Made by a program: the position numbers and the translations under genes | Notes under the pieces: model-generated | What the model was told of the DNA's origin: nothing | Seen by the model: only the letters and a program-made list of their open reading frames with translations | The model's database searches: none | NCBI GenBank assembly: GCA_009103225.1 | Contig: RHPI01002161.1 | Coordinates: forward strand, 1-58,971 | Length of the DNA: 58,971 nt | From: Chlorokybus atmophyticus | Lineage: Eukaryota > Plantae > Mesostigma and Chlorokybus algae | Direction: 5' to 3' | Shown here: piece by piece, positions 1-11,534 of the stretch | Layout: each line of letters begins with the position of its first letter | How positions within the stretch are numbered: position 1 is the stretch's first letter

Positions 1-74
1 CAGTACCTAATGCAGTATCGATGCAGTATCTATTCTGAGGCCAGCATAGTAAGTAATGCTCTTGGTCGGAGCAG

Positions 75-2434
75 GTATGGCTCGCACGGTTGTATGGCAA
101 TCCACATGCCGCCAATGGCTTCAATCTCCAGTGCACTGGTGACGAGCACAGCTTTGGCCATCCTTCCACGGGCGATTGGTGGAAGGATGTGGAGGTGGAT
201 TTGAGGAGAGAGGTGGGGGAAGCGTCCTACTTGGCGCCTGCCATTCTGTACAGTGACAAGACCACGCTGGACAGCGCGGGCAAGCGCTCTGGCTACCCTC
301 TGATGGCATCGCTTGCCAACTACAGTTGGGACATGTATGCTAGCAACATGGGGGTTGTTATGATAGCGCTTCTGCCGGTGGTTCACGCAGTGGCCGGGCA
401 TCCCACCTGGGCGCAGGGCAAGGAATCGTNACGTGAGATTTTTTATGACGCTGTGAATGTAGTGTTAGGGGATGTGAAGCGGGCGAGTTGGGAAGGTCTG
501 CAGCTCATCGACCCGAATGGCATCGAGCGTCGTGTGTTTCCCGCGCTTGCCAACTACATCAGCGATTTGCAGGTAGTGGGCATGAATGGTTGTAACCGGA
601 TGCAGCCTGCCAGCAAACAGTGCATGGAGGATGTTGTCAGTAGAACATCTGAGTTTGTCGTGTTGTAGGAGACTGCCACACTCGCACGCACTGTGTCGGG
701 CAACCAAACACGACATCCTTGCGATGTTTGTCTCGTCACCAAGTCAAATCTATTGGAGATGGATGAGGACCGGAAATTGAGAACCGAGGCCTTCTACACT
801 CCAGCAATACGTCAGCTGCGGGCGGACCTGCATAGCGGTGTTAGGAATGCACGCCAGACAGCCAAGGCTTTCAAAGAGCAGCACTCCATGCATGTCGAGG
901 AGGTAATGGTCAAATTACCGGCATTCGTGAGGATGAATGGCTTTCCGTGAAACCAGGTAATGTGGTTTGGCAACAGAATGCACTGTGGGGTTGGCGACAG
1001 TCGCGGGTGCCGGGAGCTGACTGCTACTCTCGTCTTGCCCCTGACGCAATGCATGTGATGGGAGGCATTATTGACCACCTGCTTGCTGCTGTGTACGACG
1101 CCGTGAAGGAACGAAGGCGTCCGTCCACGAGACAGATTCTGCAGGCCAGGCACGTTTTTGGTGTTGCTTTTGTGTTGAACACAAAAGCCAACAACACGTG
1201 CTCACGAGCAGATGTGCACAGGCTGAATGCATGCAAGGCGACTCTGCGGGTTTTGCACTTCAAGGCACCCACAAGCACTGTAGATTTCTTCCTGTCCGAC
1301 CACTCCTTTCAGGTGGTGGAGAAAGTGGCGGTGCTGCAGCTGCTGCTGGTCCTCGCAGACGGTTTGCTGCTCGACAGTGAGGGCAACGATTTCTTCACCA
1401 TTGCTGCCGCATCGCTTGCCCAGTGGAACAAGAAGTTGCTCAAGGCGCATGAACACACAAGAGAGACCCTGACCACAGCCGACAACGAGCTGGCTGCCTT
1501 CAAAGCTGCAGTGTTGCATCCGCTACTGTCGTCATATTCTGCACAGAAGTCAGGTTGGAAGATCGAGAAGATGCATCAGCTCACTCATTTTGGGCCGGCA
1601 ATTGTCAGCAGTGGACACCCAGATTGGTTCAGCGCCAACCGCATGGAGCAGACGCACGCCCAAAATATCAAACGGTGGGCGCGTGGTGGCAACAACCGGG
1701 ACTACCAGGCACGTATCCTGAAGGCATGGAGCTGTGCGGAATATGTGAGAGAGGATGGCATGGTCGTGGATCCCGAGATGCGCTCGGTCATGGCGCAGGC
1801 GCGGCAGCAGTGCTGTAATGTCATGGAGAAGACGGACAAGTTGCTACGGATGGATGTGCTGACAAGGAGGGAGTCCAGCCCGTACTGGAGCGGATCTGCG
1901 CGTAGCCGCCAAGTCGCCTTGAAGACTCCATTTGCCGACAAGCTGCCTGCCACCCTGGACAGCTGGTTGAAGAGGGAACAATTGGAGTTGGCCGACGGGT
2001 GGCGTGCTGTTCGCGTGGTGAACGGAGGCGCAGCGGTGTACATGACAATAGGAGTCAGCATGGCGCGCGCAACTGGGATGTTCCATGGGCGGCCTTGGTT
2101 CTCTACACTTGAGTTGGAAGGTGATGAGGACGGTGTGAACGTGACGTGGTGGGCTCAGGCACTCCTTTTTCTGCGCGTGGTGGTGTGGGGTGGTAGCGGC
2201 GAGCGCGTGTGGAAGGAGGTCGTGTTTGTCCGCTGGTACACGAAGCTGGATGTGACGAGCGACACAAAGTGCATCGCTCTGGAATGGGAAAAGCGTCGAG
2301 GCGGTCCACATCTCGATGTCGTGACTCTGGAGCAAGTAAAAGGCATTGTCCAGCTGCTCCCCATGTTTGACAAGGACAGCGCCCGTGTACAAGAGGGCAA
2401 GTATTGGGTGAACGTTCACTGCACTTCCACGTGA
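75..2434 (+). CDS. Plavaka-family transposase (spliced; 5' part probably upstream of window)
   Basis: Motifs HPSTGDWW, PAILYSDKT, GYPLMASLAN, ISDLQE...CDVC, PDAMHVMGG, KMHQLTHF...FSANRMEQTH, and a C-terminal BAH-like region (FHGRPWFS...VFVRWY...VQLLP). In-phase GT-AG introns 573-668 and 903-976 join ORFs 90-668, 693-950 and 947-2434; a probable in-frame GC-AG intron lies at 1150-1221. One N at 430. Confidence 0.85.
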
Positions 2435-2637
2435 CACATGTACTTGTCTCACTACTCTGAGTTTGGAGCATATCAGTCAGTTAGGCATTGCTAATCGTAT
2501 GCTAAGACTTTTGCATGTGGACGTGTACAATACCGGGCAGCTGTCACTGCACAACTGTCACCACAATCGAATGATCCATGCAACATTCAACAATCAGTCC
2601 GCCGTGTGGCATTAAGCATCAATACGGTGCACCACAC

Positions 2638-4366
2638 TCAAGCCTCATAGTTCCATGACACAGGAGGGTAGTTACAGCGCATATCCATTGTTTCAAGCAT
2701 GAGACGCCCTATGCACTCCGCCATTGCGGGAGGAACTGCATTCGCTATGGAAACGGCCGAGGTCATCCATGGCACTCCCAGCGCTGTTTGCCACGCAGCA
2801 ATGCCGCCCCTGGTGCTTGGAAGGCCATAGACCGGGTACATCTGCTGTGGCGCGTTTGATGTCACGATTGTCTTCTTCGCGCTAGCGGACAGGTGCGGCG
2901 ATAGCAGTCCAACTGCCTTGCCCGCGTGCGAGCAGCGTGCTGGTGGGGTAGCTACCACTGGCTGTGTCTCAAACAGACGGTGTCGGAAAGTTGATAGGCC
3001 AAACATCGTGCCACAAAGGGACAGATTGGGTCTGAATGAGGAAGCTGCTCCTGGCACATTCTCAATCACAAACTTGACCTGGCTTGCAAGCAGCAGACGT
3101 CGGACGAGCGGTATCATATCCTGGTGTCTCCAGGATGTGCCATGTGCCGCCCGTTGAGGTGCCGGGATAGCACCTGAATAGGCCTGGCATGGTGGACTGG
3201 CCCAGATGAGCTCGTACTCGCTCAGCTCTCCTGCACTCAGGGTGCATACATCGCGGTGTATGAAGGGCAGCGGGTACTCAGAGGAAGGACTTATGTCTAT
3301 CCCGGTCACGTCAAAGCCTGCGTGGTATAGACCGACACTGGCACCGCCACCGCCGCAGAATAGGTCGAGTGCCCTTGGTCTGCGTGTGCGTCCCAGCTTG
3401 TTGTCAAATGGCGTGTATGTGGTCAAGGCTGGCCGTGGTGCTGGCCAGGGACTAACAATGATGCCGTCCGGGCTTACTTTGCGACTGACGTTCTCCCCTC
3501 CGGCGCGCAGAACATGGCGTGCCCCGTCAACTGATGTGTACGCGAATACGTTGTGCCCTTTGAAGTTGATGGTTTGTGGTCGATCACCGTCATCGAATAC
3601 TATACGGTGCTGCCCTGCAAAGACATTTTCCATTGCACCATGCATATATGATGCGTCCTCAATCTCGCACGCCACGAAGCGATGCTGACCTGACGCTTGC
3701 TTGAATGATTCCACAACGCCCGCATACCATTCCCCATCCAGCGGCCAATGCACCATGACACTCACACCGATCAGCTGCTCGCATCCCAACTTAACTGCGT
3801 TCCGCAGCCGATGCAGTGCGCTGTCCAACGGTCGATGGTCTGCCTCCTCTACAGCGGCCAGGGGATGGAACTGCCCACGCCCACACCGTGCAAGACTGCT
3901 CTGAATGCGACAACAGCTTCAACATGCATGAAATAAGCATACGCCCAACATAACATGCAGTGATACGTCGCGGTCCACTCTTGTGGATTACCTCCACAGC
4001 ATCCACCACCTGTCCACTAACCACATGTCCCGGTGTTGTCCATGTGAAGAAGCGCATGGGTTCCCCTCGCCACTCGAAGCATGAGCGCGAGCACGATTCG
4101 CACACGCACTGCACGCAATGGAAAAACTCGGGTTCCTTGCACAGCACTTGGCCGAGGCGGCAGCCAAACACGTCGACATTGTGTGTGGTGTGATGCCAGC
4201 AAGCAGCACTAAAACCGTGGCACACTGTCTGCACTCGCTGGCATTCGGTCAAGTGTGCTCGCATTTGCTGCCTACGGCCATTGGCACATACGTACGCATT
4301 GCATTGTGGGCACACCAAGCATGGTCTCCTAGGTGAGGGTGATTCAACTGCTGCCGCCGACATCAT
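2638..4366 (-). CDS. Cys-rich domain + Tudor domain + C5 cytosine DNA methyltransferase fusion (3 exons, ~520 aa)
   Basis: MTase motifs I (LDLFCGGGG), IV (WASPPCQ), VI (IENVPG), VIII-like (FRHRLF) and X (ANAVPPAMAECIG) are intact. Tudor-like segment LIGVSVMVHWPLDGEWYAGVVESF...GQHRIVFDDGD is restored by removing intron 3615-3689. Phase-0 intron 3901-3991 (GAG|GTAATC...TTCAG) joins the Cys/His-rich ORF 3791-4366 in frame. Confidence 0.85.
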
Positions 4367-4427
4367 GCAAAATAGGAATCGGCACGGCTGCCCACAAACT
4401 GAGCGAGACTTTAGGGTATGGGCATCA

Positions 4428-4458
4428 ATTTAGGGTTGCCAGCTTACGAACCCTAAAT
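4428..4458. promoter_or_regulatory. Inverted pair of telo-box-like motifs upstream of the MTase gene
   Basis: ATTTAGGGTT (4428-4437) and AACCCTAAAT (4449-4458) form a perfect 10-bp inverted repeat; a third TTTAGGG lies at ~4410. The pair is 60-90 bp 5' of the start at 4366. Confidence 0.4.
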
Positions 4459-4501
4459 GGGTCAAACTTCAAGTGAAGCACGACTGTACCTTATACGCTA
4501 T

Positions 4502-4541
4502 TGCAGTACCATGCATGGTACTGCAGTACCATGCATGGTAC
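4502..4541. repeat. Tandem palindromic repeat
   Basis: TGCAGTACCATGCATGGTAC x2; 4502-4525 is a perfect 24-bp palindrome. Confidence 0.9.
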
Positions 4542-4866
4542 ATCAACATGAATGGTACTCCATCTGTTAATGGTACTACAGTACAAGGATACTCGCATAC
4601 TACCACGATCGTAGAGTAATACTGTGCTGTCATGCCATGGAACCCAGAGCGCTGTCCGAGTTTGTTGCTGTCAACCACGCTCTAAACCAGCGAGGTATGC
4701 AAGCCATGCACTGACTCATGCGCCGGGCAGTCATCATACACATGTACAGCCAATGCTTCTAACAACAGCAGATCTCTGGTGCACCATGCACCATGCTGCA
4801 ACTATACATGTACCCACATGGTTCACAGGAAGCCAACACAAAACTACAATACATGCACAATTGGCA

Positions 4867-6082
4867 TCAAGGCGGGGGCCAAATCACCGCCGACACGTTG
4901 GCGTCTTGCATCAGGCGTGGCGACCAAAACGGGTGAGGTTGCTTGCAGAATGGACACGCTTGTAGATTCTTTGATTTATTTGCCACAGTCTTCTGATGTG
5001 CTATGATGCAGACATGGCACATCGCTTTCTTGCAACAGGGCGTCTCCCCATCCGCTGGGGGGGGTGGCTCTTCAATGCGACAAATCAGCACACATGGTGC
5101 ACGCGGGTGTGCAAGCTGCCTCTGCCACCAAACTCTGTTATCGCGTCGCAGGCGTAGCGACTCCCATCTGAATGGCGCAGCATAACGCTCCACTGCCTGC
5201 TCGATCACCTGACGCCCATCTGCCGCCATACACCACCTGCTGGTCTTGGTGGTCTCGTCCAGCATGCGTTCATCCAGGCCCTCGACATGGCTGTCGTCAC
5301 TCGTGTACTCCCCCGCATCGTCATTTTCTTCGAGCTTCCACAGAATCAGCTCGACGTGCCGTATGACATACAGCCACTGCCAGCCAAAGCATGCCAAGTA
5401 CAGCTCGAATGGTTTTACTTGCCACCCAGTATGTTTGCTCAGGTAGTGGCACACATCTCGACCCGCATTAGTCAACATCGACAGGTACATCTGCTGCAGC
5501 AGGTCGAAGTTCTGCTCCGCAGATAGCTCTTGCACATTGCCGGGGTGCTGCGGCAGCAACAACACCATCATATCGAGGACGGCGAGGGGCAACAACGTAC
5601 TACGGATGGCCATATCGTGTATGGGTTCCAACCACGGCCAATCCCCATAGGTCTGTTTAAACCGCATTCTCCGCGTTTGCTCCCACTTATTGCAAACTTT
5701 CGTCACCCACCTCGAGGCATGCCGCATGCGGTGATGCAGCGCGTCTTGGGCGTACTGTAGGGTGATCAACTCCTTTGCACTACGAGTCAGCCCCCCAAAG
5801 CGTCTGCGCGTCGGTGCTTTGAGCTTAGGCAGCTCGTGCCGCACCGGCTGTCTCTCTGGACGATGCTGAGCAGCCACTTGACGCTGTAAACCCGCCTGTG
5901 CCTACTCAGGACACACAGTCAGCCCCAGTGAGGCTTCAAGGCGCTGTGCTTCTTCTAATGTTGTGACGATGCCTCACCTTTCCTTTTTTGGTCCCGTCAG
6001 CGTCCTTTGTTCCAACAACCTTCTTCTTTTTTTTTTCACCCTGCACATCCTGGCAGGCGCTTTCCGTGGCACTGTCACTCAT
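4867..6082 (-). CDS. Protein with C-terminal RING-like zinc finger (2 exons; either its own gene or the 3' part of the OTU gene)
   Basis: C-terminal CVLIC-x14-CCKKAMCHVC-x18-CPFC. Phase-0 intron 5902-5977 links ORF 4867-5877 to an upstream Lys-rich exon starting with ATG at 6082 (MSDSATESACQDVQGEKKKKK). Confidence 0.6.
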
Positions 6083-6088
6083 AGGAGG

Positions 6089-8930
6089 TCAGGCGTTATC
6101 TTCTTGCTCCACAGCCTTGCGCTTGTTGGTTGCCTCCCATTCCTCCACGACCTTATGTTGCTTCATGGGGTCGAGCATGAAGCCTTTGTCTTTCAGCGCA
6201 GCTTTCAGGATACCTCGATCAATCTCTTTACCAACAAGACAGGCTGGGATCAATGTGGCAAGCTCAGAGGGAGAGGGCGAGCTACAGCTGCTTCTTGATG
6301 GAGATGCCTCCGGATGGTCAGAGTGCGGTGGCAAGTGAGTCTCCGCGGCAGGAAGGGAGGGTGCTGAATTGGGATTGCGAGCATGTGGCTGTGGTTGAGG
6401 GGAGGCAGGATGTGCAGAACACTCGGCTACTTCTTGCCTAGCACACGAAGGCGAGGCCTGAGGCGTTGGCGCAGCACTCTGGGTCACAGCCGGTGGTAGC
6501 GGGGAATTGGCAACGCCATTCCGCCACTCTCCGATCAGGTGTGTTACCTCCGGTGGCACTTCATGCATAGGCCACGACCACTGTTCGGTGCTTGCAGGCT
6601 TGAGGAGCCAAAAGTGTGCTTCTGGCTCATCAGGAGCAGTGTTGCCCACCACCAGGACTGAGTTGGGGGCTTCTTTATTTCCAACCCAAACTGCGCTGCC
6701 GGGCCGTGGCACCCACTCCCCATGCTCGCGATGAACGGTCACGCAGCCAATCAACAAGCCCAGCTTGTTGGCAAACATGGTCATCTGCAGGTGCTCGACG
6801 TACATATCTTTTCTCCGCACGATCTGTCGCACCTTGACCATGGCTAGGTCAATGTTGCAGTTGATATCAGCCAACATGGTCGCAGGAAGTTTGTCGTAAA
6901 ACTGCGCCATCTCTCCCGCGGCACCAGTGGCTCTGCAGAAGTCTAGGATTCTGCTCGCCACGCCTGCATCGACAGCCTTGGCGGTGATTTTGCGGAGAGT
7001 GTGCCCCCTGCCGTCGTCGTCCATGGTGTCCAGCATGGCCCAAAATCTGCTCGAGCTGGGGCACTTGTGATCATCCAGGACACTTTGCGCTATGGATGGC
7101 CTGGCGCGAAATACACAATGGTAGAAGCAATTACCATCCGTTGGCGCATTGAAGTGGTCCCATGAGGCGAGCTGGCCACCTAGCATGACTGATGGCCGTA
7201 TGCGGGTTGCGGCCAGCTCCTCTGATGACTCGCTGGCAGGTGGTGACCCCTGCTGCATGCGCATACAGCACTCACATGGTGTGTCCAACTGTGGACGGCA
7301 AGAGTCACAGTGACTGATAAAGTACCTGAGTTTGGGGCAGACTGCCGGCTTCAACTTGCAGCGGGTGGGGTAAGGTAGGTGCAGAAGCCACATCGGTTGT
7401 TGCATTGTGCTGTGGTCTCGCCGGTGGCGGCAAGAAGGATTGTTGCCCCGCAATCACCGGTGCTGCTCGTGGAGGAGATGGCAGTGCATGAAGGACTGGT
7501 GCCGCGGAAGGTGGTTGCGCTCTGGCTGGGAGGGGAGCAGAAGCTGCAGGTGAGACCACTTGTGCATGCAGCAAGGGGGGCTGTATACAGGACCCAGGAT
7601 AAGATGGCTCACAATGTTGCAAAGGACGAATATAAGCTTATGCAGTGCCTGACGCATTGTTACCAAGGCACGAGCATAAAAGACAGCGACTTACCTCAAT
7701 GGCCCGTGGGCTGCAATTAGCAGGGGAAGCCATGGGGGCTGACAAGATGGTATTGGCTGCACTCTCCCCGCCACCCTCAATGGCAGACTCGTCACGGAGC
7801 TCTTGAGCCATGGGCACATCATGCGCCACTGCCCCAATGGACATGTTGGGATTCAACAGGCCAACATGCATGTTAAACTGATGCCGCATTGCCGCCGCGC
7901 CCATCAGCAAGTGGGATTGAAGGACCAGTTGATGGGATTGAATCCAGGCTTGCATAGAAGCTCCAACAGGACTTAGTGCACTGTGGTGCTGTCAACCAAT
8001 ATCATGTGGGTTAGCTGCATGCTTGCGACACTGCAATTGCAATAGTCAACTGCGTCGCACCGTCATCAGTTGGTTGCTTCGAACAGTCACCTGCGGCATT
8101 GCTGGTTGATGCACTAATGATTGCATAGACTGCGTCATTGCTGGTTGATGCACTATTGGTTGAATGCCGGACGAATGGCCACGCGCTCCTGTGCTCAAAC
8201 CCAGCCTACTTCGTTCGGCACGCGCGCGCGACTTCGCACGCTCACGCACATCCTAGCATGGAAAGGTAGGCATGCATTGGAGCCGACATTGCAGTCAACA
8301 TGCACAGCGAGATTGGCAACAACATACCGCCGCCCAGCTTTGTCTATCTGCTTGCTTCCGCAATGTCGGCTTGACTGTAGGGTGTGTATGGGTGAATAGT
8401 GGAGGTCTGCAGCCACGCTACATATATCACATGGACTGCGCTAAAAAACAAATTGCTCTTGCAAGGAAATGCATGTGACTGTTGAGCGTACCTCTGCATT
8501 CCTTTGTGCTCGTTCCCACAGCCGCAATTGGTCCCGCATGGTTCTGACAAGGGGCTCCAAGAACTGCAGCTCCTGATCCACTCCCTGTTGCAGAAAGCGA
8601 GCCACCAAGCAGCTCTCTGTGAAGATGGTCTTTAATGGCTTGCCTGCTAATTTGTCAAATGTTGGTGATGCATGTCGGACAGCCCCATTGCTGACGCCTG
8701 CCATGATCCATGACGTGGCGACCGGTAGTAGCTGGCTTCGCTGCTTGAACTCTTACGACCACAACTTCTCGCAAGATGTGCCACGCCGCCGCCGCCGCCG
8801 CCGCCTCCTCCGACTCCTGGTCCTCCGCCTCATAGTCGAACCCAGGCCCATCAAGCCTGACATTCGACCCGTCATCGACCTGGTGCCCCTACGTGCCATC
8901 ATCCGGCCATCAATGAAGCGTGTTTGGGTG
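6089..8930 (-). CDS. OTU-like cysteine protease (deubiquitinase) domain protein, multi-exon; N-terminal exons uncertain
   Basis: APTDGNCFYHCV (OTU Cys box) and downstream EAHFWLL (His box). In-phase introns 7253-7325 and 7581-7694. Further exon-like ORFs at 8046-8249, 8441-8704 and ~8730-8930 were not fully joined. Confidence 0.65.
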
Positions 8931-8963
8931 AGTGCATGCTAACTCCCATTTGGGCTGATCGAG

Positions 8964-9088
8964 CAATGGCTCTGTCGTACCATGGATGGTACGACAGAGC
9001 CATTGTACGGCAATCGCTGGGGTTGGACGAGAGATGCCTCTGTCGTACCATAAATGTTACGATACAACCATTGGTAACAATGGTTGTA
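8964..9088. repeat. Perfect hairpin cluster
   Basis: CAATGGCTCTGTCGTACCAT-GG-ATGGTACGACAGAGCCATTG (20-bp stem, 8964-9005) and TACAACCATTG-GTAA-CAATGGTTGTA (~9063-9088), with recurring TCGTACCAT motifs. Confidence 0.9.
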
Positions 9089-9307
9089 CGAAGCATGCAT
9101 GGCACGAATGCATAAATCGTACCATCAACCATAGGAGCAAGGACGCACTACAAGTGCGACTCTAGTGCGGGACTCTAGACGTTCAAAACCGCCTCATTTT
9201 CGTTTTCGCGCCTCATACATTCGGGCGGGCCAACCGGCGGCGGCAGCGTTGGAGGCGGCAGCGCCACTTACAGCTAAACAGGCGGCACCCGACTATCAGT
9301 TGGAGAG

Positions 9308-11135
9308 ATGCCTCGTGGTCCATCCGTAAGTGCACCTCGTCGTGGAGGTCGGCGCCAGTTGTCCACATTGCCCCCAGTGTTCAACCAGGCAACCGTCGCC
9401 AACCAATCGCAGCAAGACCCCGCGCTAACGCCCAGCACATCACAACAACTCCACATAACACCGCAGTCGCAAGGGCAAGCTAGACTGCATGCGTTCTTGA
9501 TGCACTGTGCACGTTGCTTCTTGCTCAACTTCTAACTTGGATGCTTGCTTCTATCATGACTAGCACAGTGACTCACTGCATGCGTTCTGGATACACTGTG
9601 CACGTTGTTCTTCTTTTGCAACTGTGAGGGTTGCATCTTTCATGGCTGGCAGCATGACTCATGTGGTTGTGCTTGCAGAGGGTCGATTGGAACCCCCAAC
9701 CCAAACGCATTTGGCCGTGACGTGGCAACCTCGGCCGTCAGCAACCCTTCCCCAAGCAAGTGGAAGATTGGCAACGAGGTAAGCACTGTGTGACACTGTG
9801 ACACTGTGTGTATGTGTGTAACGGATTGTTCTTCTGTGGACAGCATTTGCGAGATGCCGTCGTTGAAATCATAAACGGCCACTGGGTAGAGAGCCACGTT
9901 TATCCCAAGGAGGACACTATTCGTAACGTCATGTGTCAGGTGCTGTGAATGCTTCATGACCGCACTGCACCGTGACACTGACCAACCTGCCCGTGACAGG
10001 TAGTTGGCTTCGACCATGACGACGAGGCCGATGCGGCCAAGTTCTATGAGGTGTACTGGACTCCCAAGGAGTGCCCCTTCCACTGGAGTGTCGCCCTGAA
10101 GAAAGCTACGCAGGTCCGGTCTGAGAACGTCACCAAGATCAAGCATGTCCTTGAGAAGGAGTACAAGTGGACACTGTTTAACAGCAACAAGCGCAAGTGA
10201 GTTGGGTCCCTCACCACCATGTCTGCTATGCAACACTGCCTTCTTACTCAGCCTCCATACACACGTACTCATCTCGCCTATTGTAACCGATTCAATCAGG
10301 CACATCGACGCCCTAATGGACCCCGAGACCCAAAAAGCCCAGATGCGCAACGCGCTCCAAAGTAAGTCACAGGCACTATTCTAGCCTGGTGCAGGCTCAA
10401 CTTGAACTATCTATTTCGTGACTAATGCCTTGTCGGTATGACTGTCGCAGACAAGTCATGGCGGAGATTTGAGGTGACCGACACTGCAGACCCGGAGCGG
10501 AGGAGATACATCCATGAATGGGGCAATCCCATAATCTGGCAAATGATCGTGCAATGCTGGTCTTACGCCGTCACTACACCTGGTCGCCGGCAGCTGACAG
10601 TCAACCACCTCGCATACCTGTTGCTTACGGTGAGCACTCTGAACTCCATCATTAGCAATTCAGGAATGCTGTAGCCCCAAACTACAGGCTTGCAGACGCG
10701 TTGCAGTGAATAGTGGCTTTCGATGCCACTAAGACATGCCTGTAAACTACGCAGGTGGAGCGCATCCTAAAGGGCAAGGATGGAGACCCTCTCCTAGCTG
10801 CCAGCATAGACACACATGAAGAGTACCTCAGCGAAATCAACACCATGATCATGTCAATGAAGCGGGAGATGAGGCAACGGTACGCAGCCCTCCAGCCATT
10901 CACCCTTGTGAAACGCCGCACTGCATCTTGTGTCGAATACCTGAAAGATCCCAATCGGCGCCGGCCGCAAGAGACAGCAGCTCGTGACCCGCTCGCTGAG
11001 GCAGAAGCGGCATTTGATTGGCTGGCACAACCGTTTGAGGAGGAAGAGCAAGCTCCGGCGTCTCCTCCACAGGCCCCAGCGCGTGGTGCTTTGTTCCGTA
11101 ATGACGAGACCAGCGATGATGGAGAGGAGCTGTAG
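9308..11135 (+). CDS. Intact 7-exon orphan gene inside the transposon (393 aa)
   Basis: Exons 9308-9474, 9679-9778, 9844-9939, 10000-10196, 10300-10361, 10451-10629 and 10755-11135 join with matching phases into an open 1182-nt CDS; the first intron is GC-AG. No domain recognised. Confidence 0.7.
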
Positions 11136-11534
11136 CGCAGTTGGTAGTCCGTTTAGCTGGTAGTGTACATAGCTACAAGGCTCTTGTGATTGAGTGTTGT
11201 GCATCTTAAACCAGCTCAGCCAATCGTCATTATGCTCATGCACATCAATACTTGCATCCTAATGATATACAACAGAACTGCATTCGAGTCACATAATCGA
11301 ACTACAAGCCTTGGCAGGTGACTGAGAGACACTGTACACATTTCAGGTACATGTACACAGCACAGGCACATAACAATGCTGGAAGTCAGTGACAGTCGCG
11401 TGTAGTCAAGCTATGCAAATACATATGACGACAGTTAGGCATTGGTCACCTTCAGTTGTTAAAGAATGCCTTATTTTGTCGATAATTACCTAGTTGGTGC
11501 TTGTGAATTAGGCTTAGTCGCCTGCGCTGGACTG

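Noticed and set aside
1-4366. Bacterial or phage contamination as explanation for the phage-like MTase
   Set aside because: The MTase and transposase genes contain in-phase spliceosomal introns and a eukaryotic Tudor domain, and are contiguous with eukaryotic genes.
9640-10350. 236-aa minus-strand ORF
   Set aside because: Antisense shadow of the phase-consistent plus-strand 7-exon gene.
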